Shown: positions 18,103 through 26,651 of the stretch, in pieces
Layout of the letters: each line of letters starts with the position of its first letter
Numbering within the stretch: position 1 is the first letter of the stretch
From: an uncultured Candidatus Saccharibacteria bacterium
Lineage (GTDB): Bacteria > Patescibacteriota > Andersenbacteria > UBA10190
Length of the DNA stretch: 60,841 nucleotides
Direction: 5' to 3'
NCBI GenBank assembly: GCA_964372635.1
Contig: CAYJQW010000006.1
Coordinates: 1 to 60,841 of the forward strand
The notes under the pieces: generated by a model
Databases searched by the model: none
The model's input: the letters and a program-made list of their open reading frames with translations, nothing else
Told to the model about the DNA's origin: nothing
Program-made: the position numbers and the translations under genes

Positions 18103-19422
18103 ATGAAAGCAAAGTTAGCATTATTAAATAGGGGAAGTACCCTACTTTTACTGGGGATTGGCGGACAGGCAATGCGCGCCCTAGCGCATATATTACAAAG
18201 TAAGGGAATTAACATTATTGGTGTTGATGCCCAATATGAGCGTGTAAGCAATGATTCCACAATGATCCCTTATAAAATCATTGAGCCGCTTAGCATTCAG
18301 TCGACCTTGTCCCAAGTTGACGCAGTGATTTACTCTGATGCATTGCCAATAACACATCCCTGGCGACAGGCAGCTCAAGAGGTGGCCTGTACACAATTAA
18401 GTGCCTTTGAAACTGCAGGCCTTGTAACCCAAGACTATAAGACGATTGCGGTCGCTGGAACCCACGGGAAATCTTCAACCACGGCCCTTCTTGGGCACAT
18501 CATGGTCATGGCCGGTCTCGATCCAACTGTTCAGGTAGGTGCAGCCGTGCCGGCTTGGGAAAATCGTAATGCCCGTGTCGGGAGTAGCGAATATTTTATT
18601 ATTGAGGCCGATGAGTACATGGATCACTTCATGGCCCTAAAACCGGCCGATATAATTATTACCTCTCTAGATTTTGACCATCCCGATTATTTCCGGTCAT
18701 TTGATGACGTCCTTGCCAGTTTTGGCAATTTTTTAGAAAGGCTTGTTCCGAATGGCACAGTCGTGACACATAAAAGTCTATATATGGCCTTTAAAGATCG
18801 ACTGCCCTGGCCTAAAAAAACGTTATTAGTTGATTTATCAGCCGAGAAACTCCCTTTGTCTTTACCTGGCAAGCATATGCAACAAAACGCGCATTTAGCG
18901 ATCGCTATGGCTGGAATACTAGGCGTCTCTCGAACTATAGCCCAGGAGGCAACTGGGACATTTCCCGGGTTAGGTCGGCGTTTTGAACTATTAGGAGAAT
19001 TTATGGGACGTAAAATATTCAGCGATTATGCTCATCACCCGACGGAAATAGCCGCCACCTTGCAAGCAGCTAGGGAATATTTTCCGCATAAGAAACTACT
19101 GGTAGTTTTTGAACCTCATACCAATGAGAGACTTGGCGCATTCTTTTCTCAGTATATTCAAGCCCTCAGTGCATCAGATGCGATCATAGTTTGTCCAACA
19201 TATCAAGCGCGAGGCCAAGTTAATGACACCCATACAGACACACAATTATTAGAATCCTTACAACAAAGAAAAATTCAGTCGTGGTATCTTCGTGATTTTA
19301 GTGAATTGAACTCGCTGCTGCAAGAAGCTGTTAAAAATTTTGATATTGTCTTTGGACTTACTGCTGGTGATCTTGATTATTATTTGCGGAAATTGATCAA
19401 TGGCTTAAAATTCAAAACATGA
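18103..19422 (+). CDS. murC: UDP-N-acetylmuramate--L-alanine ligase
   Basis: LLGIGGQAM N-domain, P-loop GTHGKSSTT, EADEY, HHPTE motifs. Confidence 0.85.
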   Translation: MKAKLALLNRGSTLLLLGIGGQAMRALAHILQSKGINIIGVDAQYERVSNDSTMIPYKIIEPLSIQSTLSQVDAVIYSDALPITHPWRQAAQEVACTQLSAFETAGLVTQDYKTIAVAGTHGKSSTTALLGHIMVMAGLDPTVQVGAAVPAWENRNARVGSSEYFIIEADEYMDHFMALKPADIIITSLDFDHPDYFRSFDDVLASFGNFLERLVPNGTVVTHKSLYMAFKDRLPWPKKTLLVDLSAEKLPLSLPGKHMQQNAHLAIAMAGILGVSRTIAQEATGTFPGLGRRFELLGEFMGRKIFSDYAHHPTEIAATLQAAREYFPHKKLLVVFEPHTNERLGAFFSQYIQALSASDAIIVCPTYQARGQVNDTHTDTQLLESLQQRKIQSWYLRDFSELNSLLQEAVKNFDIVFGLTAGDLDYYLRKLINGLKFKT

Positions 19423-19493
19423 CAATTTATCCATCTATATGAGCTTATAAAAGCCATTATTTGGATTATATAGATGAATATAAGGCATTATTA

Positions 19494-19522
19494 TTGACTT
19501 AACGTCAATGGAGTGCTATACT
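19494..19522 (+). promoter_or_regulatory. sigma70-like promoter P1
   Basis: TTGACT (19494-19499), exactly 17 nt, TATACT (19517-19522). Confidence 0.6.
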
Positions 19523-19576
19523 CTTTTCATAACGCTAAAGTCGCCACTAAACCTTTCGGCAAAAAAACTTGCTATC

Positions 19577-19605
19577 TTTACAGTTTTACAGGGGTGTGGT
19601 ATAAG
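19577..19605 (+). promoter_or_regulatory. sigma70-like promoter P2 (extended -10)
   Basis: TTTACA (19577-19582), 17 nt ending in TGG, TATAAG (19600-19605). It ends 43 nt before ATG 19649. Confidence 0.55.
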
Positions 19606-19648
19606 ACGGAGTTACTACTATTGTTAAAAAAGACTAACTATTTTAATT

Positions 19649-20692
19649 ATGTATTCACCAGAAGTTAACTTAGAGAAAACAACTGATACTTTATTGGCAG
19701 TGTTAGACAAACGGTCTTGTGACATTATGACACGACGTTACGGCTTAGTTTCGAACGAACCTGAAACGTTAGAGAGTATTGGAGCTGAGTACGGTATCAC
19801 CCGAGAACGTGTCCGACAAATACAAGCTCAAGCTAAGAAAGTATTACTGGAACTTGGAGAATCATTATCACCTGTTTCAATCTTATTCGAGCAATTATTT
19901 AAGAACCATGGCGGCATCATGGCTGAAGATCATGTCGTCCAGGCATTACAGGAACAGTTAAGTCATGACCATGCCAGAGCAGCAATTATTGTATTTTACC
20001 TTGATGTGTTGGAACCATATCGATTTATTGTTCGTCACATTCATTTCGCCCCGCATTGGCAGCATCCCGGGCTCATTACTGAGCACAGCACCGGAATAGT
20101 TGATGCCGCTCAACACGCTCTTCAACACAAGCGACACCCTTTAGTTCAAGATGAATTATTCCAGCAGATTCGTAATCATCTCACGGCGACATCCGAAATG
20201 CTGCCCGTAAATTATATATATGCTCACCTCACTGCCAGTAAACTAATTGATAAGACTCCGTTTGGAGAGTGGGGTTTAATAGACTGGTCAGAAACACGTC
20301 CTCGAGGAGTTGGGGACAAGGCCTATGCGGTATTGCGTCGTCATAGTAAACCTGAACATTTTACAAAAATTACTGATCTAATTAACAACGCCTCTTTTAA
20401 TCATAAGAAAGCCAATCCACAAACCGTTCATAACGAGCTTATTAAAGATAACCGGTTTGTACTCGTCGGCCGAGGATTATATGGTCTCACTGAGTGGGGT
20501 TATGTTCCTGGCACCGTGGCTGATGTCATTGAGAATTTACTACGGAAAGCGGTGACACCGTTAACCCGTGAAGAGGTTATAGCCGCTGTGCTCGCCCAGC
20601 GACATGTGAAGAAAAATACTATTTTACTAGGTTTGCAAAATCAGGACCGCTTTGTGCGCACACCTGAGAATCGCTATACCGTCCGAAAATAG
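19649..20692 (+). CDS. sigma-70 region-4 domain protein with tandem HARE-HTH-like winged-helix repeats
   Basis: aa 17-66 (LDKRSCDIMTRRYGL..ETLESIGAEYGITRERVRQIQAQAKKVL) is a textbook sigma region 4.2. Three following segments have the RpoE-delta/HARE-HTH look; two end in G.WGL..W-type motifs (FGEWGLIDW, GLYGLTEWGY). Confidence 0.7.
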   Translation: MYSPEVNLEKTTDTLLAVLDKRSCDIMTRRYGLVSNEPETLESIGAEYGITRERVRQIQAQAKKVLLELGESLSPVSILFEQLFKNHGGIMAEDHVVQALQEQLSHDHARAAIIVFYLDVLEPYRFIVRHIHFAPHWQHPGLITEHSTGIVDAAQHALQHKRHPLVQDELFQQIRNHLTATSEMLPVNYIYAHLTASKLIDKTPFGEWGLIDWSETRPRGVGDKAYAVLRRHSKPEHFTKITDLINNASFNHKKANPQTVHNELIKDNRFVLVGRGLYGLTEWGYVPGTVADVIENLLRKAVTPLTREEVIAAVLAQRHVKKNTILLGLQNQDRFVRTPENRYTVRK

Positions 20693-20768
20693 ATTTAACT
20701 GGCCTTAACAGCGAAGGTTATCGCAACCAAAGGCAGCTGATGCAATATAGGGCTCCGCTGAGCAGTAA

Positions 20769-20777
20769 TGGTATAAT
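20769..20777 (+). promoter_or_regulatory. extended -10 TGGTATAAT, leaderless geometry
   Basis: TGGTATAAT ends 6 nt before ATG 20784. There is no Shine-Dalgarno in between. Confidence 0.5.
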
Positions 20778-20783
20778 AATACT

Positions 20784-22067
20784 ATGTCCTTAAGTGAAAC
20801 TGCTGTTAGTGTCGTGGCCCAACTTTCGGACGTTGCTCTGACTTGGGGCTGGCTTTTGCTTGTTTTCTTAGCCTTATGGATAGCTTGGGAGACATATATA
20901 CTCTTGCGTCATATTGACTATACCGCGGCAATCCAATGGACACACTACCAAATAAAGATCCCTCCTGAATCAACAATATCGCCTAAAGCATTCGAAAATG
21001 CCATCGAGGTATGGGGTGGGGTACATAAGGATCCTGATGTCATTGAGCGACTTTTTGAGGGTTATTTTTTGCCGTGGTATAGCTGTGAAATTCAATGTTC
21101 GAAAGGACGCGCTCGCTACATAATAGTGGTCCCGACGGGTCATGCCAAGTTCATAGAAGGTGTAATCTACGGTCAATATCCGACAGCAGAGATTCAGGAA
21201 GTCGAAGATTATTCACAAGAATTCTCCTATCAGGATATTGGCAAAACCATTGAGGTTTTTGGCACCGAGATTCATTTGTCTAAAGATGACATTTATCCGA
21301 TTAGAACATATCTTGAATTTGAAGATTCCTTCGCTGAGGATGAGACATTCATCGATCCACATCAAGCCTTAATTGAAGCATTTACTAATGTTAATGAAGG
21401 GGAACACTTTTGGATTCAAATCCTGATAAAACCGGTCGCCTCCGATACCATTGAGCAGTGGTCAAAACGAGGGCATGCAAAAATTGCCGAATTAGCCGGA
21501 GATAAAACTGAGAAAGACCTAGGTTTATTGGGTAAATTATGGGAATTTGCCACGGTAATTCCCGGAGAACTTTTGCGAGTGGCTACCTCTGGGCCACTCG
21601 AGCCTGAATCAAGCCAGAGGGATATTCAGTTTAGAATTTACAATCCCTCCCAAGATGCGGAAATGAAGGGTATATTACAAAAAGTATCCAGAACCGGCTT
21701 TAAAACACTGATTCGTGTAATTCACATTGCGCCAGTTGGTAAACTACATAAACCAAATTATGGTAAAGCGATTGGTGCTTTCAAACAATTTAATAGCTTT
21801 CACATGAATAGTTTTAAACCAGACAGCGCAACCAAGACAAACGGGCCGAATCTTATCCTGAAGCAAACTCGTCGAGCTTATCGTCAACGGACAATGCTGT
21901 TAAACTATCAATGGCGTGATTTTTGGGGTGATAAGGCAGGTTATATGATGAATGCGGAAGAACTGGCAACGATATATCATATGCCTGTTAGTTATGTACG
22001 TGCGCCGGCCATCGAACGTGCCGCGGCCGGGGCAGGTAGTCCACCTTCAAATGTGCCGTATGTATAG
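20784..22067 (+). CDS. hypothetical single-pass membrane protein, partner of the downstream VirD4/TraD-like ATPase
   Basis: 427 aa. One N-terminal TM helix (LTWGWLLLVFLALWIAWETYILL) followed by a large soluble domain with no motif I recognise. C-terminal AEELATIYHMPVSYVRAP. 39-nt gap to the next gene. Confidence 0.6.
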   Translation: MSLSETAVSVVAQLSDVALTWGWLLLVFLALWIAWETYILLRHIDYTAAIQWTHYQIKIPPESTISPKAFENAIEVWGGVHKDPDVIERLFEGYFLPWYSCEIQCSKGRARYIIVVPTGHAKFIEGVIYGQYPTAEIQEVEDYSQEFSYQDIGKTIEVFGTEIHLSKDDIYPIRTYLEFEDSFAEDETFIDPHQALIEAFTNVNEGEHFWIQILIKPVASDTIEQWSKRGHAKIAELAGDKTEKDLGLLGKLWEFATVIPGELLRVATSGPLEPESSQRDIQFRIYNPSQDAEMKGILQKVSRTGFKTLIRVIHIAPVGKLHKPNYGKAIGAFKQFNSFHMNSFKPDSATKTNGPNLILKQTRRAYRQRTMLLNYQWRDFWGDKAGYMMNAEELATIYHMPVSYVRAPAIERAAAGAGSPPSNVPYV

Positions 22068-22106
22068 AACAAAAACGCTCCATTTTCGTCTTTTCATGAA
22101 CAATAT

Positions 22107-23834
22107 ATGAACCGTCTGAAGCCGCAAAGAGAGGATATCGCCGTAATTGGTCAAACTAATTTTCGTGGTCAAGCTAGGCCCTTTGGCATATACCCAGATG
22201 ATCGTCGACGGCATATTTATATTGTTGGGAAAACAGGTGTAGGCAAGTCAACACTGCTGGAAAACCTTGTCGCTCAGGATATTGTCGCAGGCAGAGGTGT
22301 CTGTTTAGTGGATCCTCACGGTGATGCCGTTGAAAATTTATTGCGAGCTATCCCGCCAAATCGTGTGAATGATGTGGTATATTTTGATCCGTCAGACGTC
22401 GATAACCCGGTCGCTTTTAATGTTCTCGAAGCTACGGATCCAGCATATAAATATTTAGTCGCCTCAGGTTTAGTCAGTTCCCTAAAAAAGATTTGGGCTG
22501 ACTCGTGGGGGCCACGACTTGAATATATCTTGCGGAATACGATCTTGGCGCTGCTGGATTACCCCTCCAGTACAATTTTAGGGATACTACGTGTCCTGTC
22601 TGATAAAGCCTATCGAGTTAAGGTAGTTGAACAGATTAAAGATCCCGTGGTCAAGGCTTTTTGGACAAATGAATTTGCTCAATACAATGAGCGTTTTCGT
22701 TCGGAGGCGATTTCTCCAATCCAGAATAAAGTTGGTCAGCTTTTATCGAGTGCCATCATTCGTAATATTATGGCCCAGCCGAAAAGTACCATCGATATGA
22801 GGGACGTCATGGATAATAACAAGATTTTATTGATTAATGTGTCTAAAGGTAAGATCGGCGAAGATAATTCAGCTTTACTCGGAGCCATGATTATTAATCG
22901 TATTCAATTGGCCGCTATGGATCGCGCCAGTATTGCGGAAAGCGAGCGTCAAGATTTCTATTTATATGTAGATGAATTTCAGAATTTTGCGACTGAATCG
23001 TTCGCCGACATACTGTCAGAAGCCCGAAAATATCATCTTAATTTAACGATTGCTCACCAATACATTACGCAAATGGAAGAACCGGTTCGAGATGCCGTTT
23101 TTGGTAACGTCGGCACTACAATATCTTTTCGCGTAGGGGCAGCTGATGCCGAGTATTTAGAAAAGGAATTTGCGCCAATTTTCACCCAGACGGATCTCGT
23201 TAATTTAAATCAGTATAATGCCTATATTAAGCTGATGATCAATGGTATTAGTAGTAAACCATTTAGTATGACGACGTTGCCAACTGATTTTGAAGATTTT
23301 GGTAAGGCGGAAGTTGTGAGAAGTGTGTCCAGGGAACGTTATGGTCGAAAACGAGAAGTAATTGAGGAGAAGATTAAACGTTGGAGTGAAGCGGCGCTCA
23401 ATCCAAAAAAAGGTGACCAGCATGATAGAAAATCTGAACCTGATAGAAATCGGTCGGCTAAAAAAGTCCAGAATATCACTCCAAATAGTCAAAATTCAGC
23501 AGGGATAGCTACGACAAAAAGTCCATTAACTTCACCAATTAAAGAAATTACAGATTTGTCTACACTGCTCACAAAAACACCGGCTCCGGTTCGAGACAAT
23601 CGAACATTTGTTGCAAAAAATGTGCCTGATCTATTTCCGGCTATTTGCAGTCGTTGTCAGACTCCAACGCAGGTCCCTTTTAAGCCGGCCCCGGATAAAC
23701 CAGTGTATTGCCGTAATTGCTTAGCCCTTGTCCGTGCGGAGAAAAAAATCCGGACTACGCCAGCACTTATGGTTCCTGAAAAACAGCCAAAACCAGCCAG
23801 ATTTTCCGGACCTAGGCCACCTCGACTGCCCTGA
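22107..23834 (+). CDS. VirD4/TraD/TraG-like (type IV coupling protein-like) P-loop ATPase lacking TM helices, with a C-terminal CxxC-x17-CxxC zinc ribbon
   Basis: Walker A GKTGVGKST, VDPHGD, Walker B-like YLYVDEFQNF and ARKYHLNLTIAHQYITQM resemble the TraG-D_C region of coupling proteins. The basic, Pro-rich tail carries CSRC-17 aa-CRNC at nt 23646-23720. Confidence 0.7.
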   Translation: MNRLKPQREDIAVIGQTNFRGQARPFGIYPDDRRRHIYIVGKTGVGKSTLLENLVAQDIVAGRGVCLVDPHGDAVENLLRAIPPNRVNDVVYFDPSDVDNPVAFNVLEATDPAYKYLVASGLVSSLKKIWADSWGPRLEYILRNTILALLDYPSSTILGILRVLSDKAYRVKVVEQIKDPVVKAFWTNEFAQYNERFRSEAISPIQNKVGQLLSSAIIRNIMAQPKSTIDMRDVMDNNKILLINVSKGKIGEDNSALLGAMIINRIQLAAMDRASIAESERQDFYLYVDEFQNFATESFADILSEARKYHLNLTIAHQYITQMEEPVRDAVFGNVGTTISFRVGAADAEYLEKEFAPIFTQTDLVNLNQYNAYIKLMINGISSKPFSMTTLPTDFEDFGKAEVVRSVSRERYGRKREVIEEKIKRWSEAALNPKKGDQHDRKSEPDRNRSAKKVQNITPNSQNSAGIATTKSPLTSPIKEITDLSTLLTKTPAPVRDNRTFVAKNVPDLFPAICSRCQTPTQVPFKPAPDKPVYCRNCLALVRAEKKIRTTPALMVPEKQPKPARFSGPRPPRLP

Positions 23835-23918
23835 TCTACCGTTAGCCAACCTTTTTAGGATTAAGCTGTTTGGAACTCACGATAACAGACACTGTTCCAT
23901 TGAGGTATACTAAACAAT

Positions 23919-24629
23919 ATGAGGAAATATTCAGATCCGGCCACTAACGATGGCAGCAACGATGACCGTTTTTGCATCGATAAGCCATTTAATTTTGCCG
24001 AGGATGCGAACTGGCGTATTTTTCGTATCATGTCGGAATTCATTGCTGGTTTTGAATTTTTGGCGCCACTTCGTCGTGAAGTGACTTTTTTTGGCTCGGC
24101 ACGTCTGACATCAGAATCACGCTGGTATCAGCAAGCAGTAGCGCTCGGAAGATTGTTGGGTGAAAATAAGTTTACAGTAATTACCGGTGGTGGACCGGGT
24201 ATTATGGAAGCTGGTAATCGTGGTGCTCATGAGGTTGGCGGTGAATCAGTTGGGCTCGATATTGAATTACCGACGGAACAGCGTCGAAATCCCTACGTCA
24301 AAAAGGGGATCGGGTTTCATTATTTCTTTACACGTAAAATCATGTTATCAGCATCGGCTCAAGCTTACGTGTTCTTTCCCGGTGGACTTGGCACTTTAGA
24401 TGAGTTTTTTGAAATGATAACCTTGATTCAAACTAACAAAATGGAAATAGTGCCCGTGATTTGTGTCGGTAAGGATTTTTGGAATCCAATCGATTCATGG
24501 TTACGGACTGACGTAGCTGAAAAATATGGTCTTATCTCGGCCGCAGACACGAGCATTTATACGATTGTTGATAGTGCTATTGAAGCCTTTAATTTGATTA
24601 AGAATAGCAAGGAAAGAAAATATTTTTAA
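23919..24629 (+). CDS. LOG-family (TIGR00730-type) nucleotide N-glycosidase-like protein
   Basis: TGGGPGIMEAGNRGA and PGGLGTLDEFFE (PGGxGTxxE) signatures. Confidence 0.8.
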   Translation: MRKYSDPATNDGSNDDRFCIDKPFNFAEDANWRIFRIMSEFIAGFEFLAPLRREVTFFGSARLTSESRWYQQAVALGRLLGENKFTVITGGGPGIMEAGNRGAHEVGGESVGLDIELPTEQRRNPYVKKGIGFHYFFTRKIMLSASAQAYVFFPGGLGTLDEFFEMITLIQTNKMEIVPVICVGKDFWNPIDSWLRTDVAEKYGLISAADTSIYTIVDSAIEAFNLIKNSKERKYF

Positions 24630-24697
24630 TAGCTGGAGGGTATTTCCTAACAAGTAACTTCGTTGAAGCTAACACCCTAAGACTATAGGATATTGCT

Positions 24698-26572
24698 ATG
24701 ACTATTTCGTCTCATCAAGTGAGGGAGGATTACCAGACTTTTTTTGAGAAACGCGGACACAAAAGGATCCCAGCTGCTTCCTTAGTTCCGGAAAATGATC
24801 CAAGCACACTTTTTACCGGATCTGGCATGCAGCCCTTAATTCCTTACTTACTAGGCCAACAGCACCCACAAGGTTCTCGTCTGACCGACTCACAAGTGTG
24901 TCTGCGTGTTCAGGATATAGATGATGTTGGCGACAATCGTCATACTACTTTTTTTGAAATGCTTGGCAATTGGTCCTTAGGTGACTATTTTAAAACTGAG
25001 CAAATTGGATGGATTTTTGAATTCTTGACTGAGACCTTGAGGCTGGATCCGTCCAGACTATACATTACCGTTTTTGCTGGCAACAATGCGTTGGGTATTC
25101 CTCGTGATACAAAAACAGTTGAGCTTTGGCAGAACTTATTCGGTGCTTCTGGGGTTAAAGCAAAAGCCGTTGGGAATGGCGCCCAGCATGGTCTGCAAGA
25201 AGGTAGAATATTTTATTACGACGAAGCCAAGAATTGGTGGTCGCGCGCGGGGATACCAGCCAATATGCCGATTGGGGAACCGGGGGGGCCTGATACTGAA
25301 ATGTTCTGGGATTTTGGTGCAGAGCGACAGCTACATGAGAGCTCTGTCTATCACAATCATCCTTGTCACGTGAATTGTGATTGCGGTCGATTTATGGAAA
25401 TAGGTAACAATGTTTTTATTGAATATATAAAAACGTCTAGTGGATTTTCTCCCTTACCTCAGAAAAACGTCGACTTTGGCGGGGGACTTGAGCGTCTAAC
25501 AGCCGTGACAAATGATAACCCTGATGTTTTTATGATAGATATTTTCGAGAATATGCGAGCACAGCTCGAAAAAGGATCTAGCCACCACTATGGACAAGAC
25601 AGACAAAGCACGCGAGCTTTCCGAATTATTATGGATCATCTAAGAGCGGTAACTTTTTTGATTGCCCAAGACGTTTTGCCTGCAAATAAAGAGCAAGGTT
25701 ACTTTACTCGCCGACTTTTGCGACGAGCTGTTCGTTATACGGATAGTCTTGGTCTGAATACAAATTACGGAGCCAATTTATGCACCGAGGTTATAGCACA
25801 GTATGGGTCGGTATATCCAGACTTAATTAAAAAGAAAACCGCCATATTGGCTGCCGTGACGAAAGAAGAGGATAAATTTCGCCGGACACTAAAGGCCGGT
25901 TTGCAACGCTTTAAACAAATTACGGAAAATCGTTCCCCCAGAGCATTGATTCCTGCCCAGGAAATTTTTGATCTATATCAAACTTATGGTTTTCCTCTTG
26001 AGTTATCTAAAGAGCTTGCGGATGAGATGAAACTCGTAATTGAGATGCCAAAAGTTCGCCAAATTTTCAAACGTCACCAGTCAAAGTCTAGATTAGGCGC
26101 CGATTATAAATTTAAGGGAGGGCTCGCCGATCATTCTGCTATGTCAATTAAGTACCACACTACTACGCACTTATTGCATCAGGCCTTAAGAACTGTCCTG
26201 GGTAATCAAATTAGGCAGAAGGGAAGTAATATTACCTCCGAGCGTTTGCGATTTGATTTTGCATATCATCGTAAACTTACGGCTATCGAGATTGCCGCTG
26301 TTGAAAAATTTGTTAATGACGCAATTTCAGCAGAGCTTCCGGTACGTCGTGATCAGCTGACGCTTAAAGAAGCTAAGGAACTGGGAGCGATCGGCCTATT
26401 TGAGGAAAAGTACCAGAACCAAGTTAGTGTATACTCAATCGGTGATATATCATGTGAAATATGTGGTGGTCCTCACGTTACGAATACACGAGCCTTAGCC
26501 GGAAAGTTTAAAATTATAAAAGAAGAGTCAGCTGGTGCTGATATTCGTCGGATCAGAGCCATCATAGAATGA
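24698..26572 (+). CDS. alaS: alanine--tRNA ligase, short form without C-Ala domain
   Basis: Class II AlaRS N-terminus (FFEKRGHKRIPAASLVP..DPSTLFTGSGM), the editing-domain HxxxH (HTTTHLLH) and CGGPHV. The ORF stops right after the RRIRAI segment at 624 aa. Confidence 0.85.
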   Translation: MTISSHQVREDYQTFFEKRGHKRIPAASLVPENDPSTLFTGSGMQPLIPYLLGQQHPQGSRLTDSQVCLRVQDIDDVGDNRHTTFFEMLGNWSLGDYFKTEQIGWIFEFLTETLRLDPSRLYITVFAGNNALGIPRDTKTVELWQNLFGASGVKAKAVGNGAQHGLQEGRIFYYDEAKNWWSRAGIPANMPIGEPGGPDTEMFWDFGAERQLHESSVYHNHPCHVNCDCGRFMEIGNNVFIEYIKTSSGFSPLPQKNVDFGGGLERLTAVTNDNPDVFMIDIFENMRAQLEKGSSHHYGQDRQSTRAFRIIMDHLRAVTFLIAQDVLPANKEQGYFTRRLLRRAVRYTDSLGLNTNYGANLCTEVIAQYGSVYPDLIKKKTAILAAVTKEEDKFRRTLKAGLQRFKQITENRSPRALIPAQEIFDLYQTYGFPLELSKELADEMKLVIEMPKVRQIFKRHQSKSRLGADYKFKGGLADHSAMSIKYHTTTHLLHQALRTVLGNQIRQKGSNITSERLRFDFAYHRKLTAIEIAAVEKFVNDAISAELPVRRDQLTLKEAKELGAIGLFEEKYQNQVSVYSIGDISCEICGGPHVTNTRALAGKFKIIKEESAGADIRRIRAIIE

Positions 26573-26651
26573 TTATCGGTAGTATTTATTAATATCGAAG
26601 AAAAGGCTATGGTTAATGTTAGTTAACTAGCATAACAGATTAACTTTTTTG

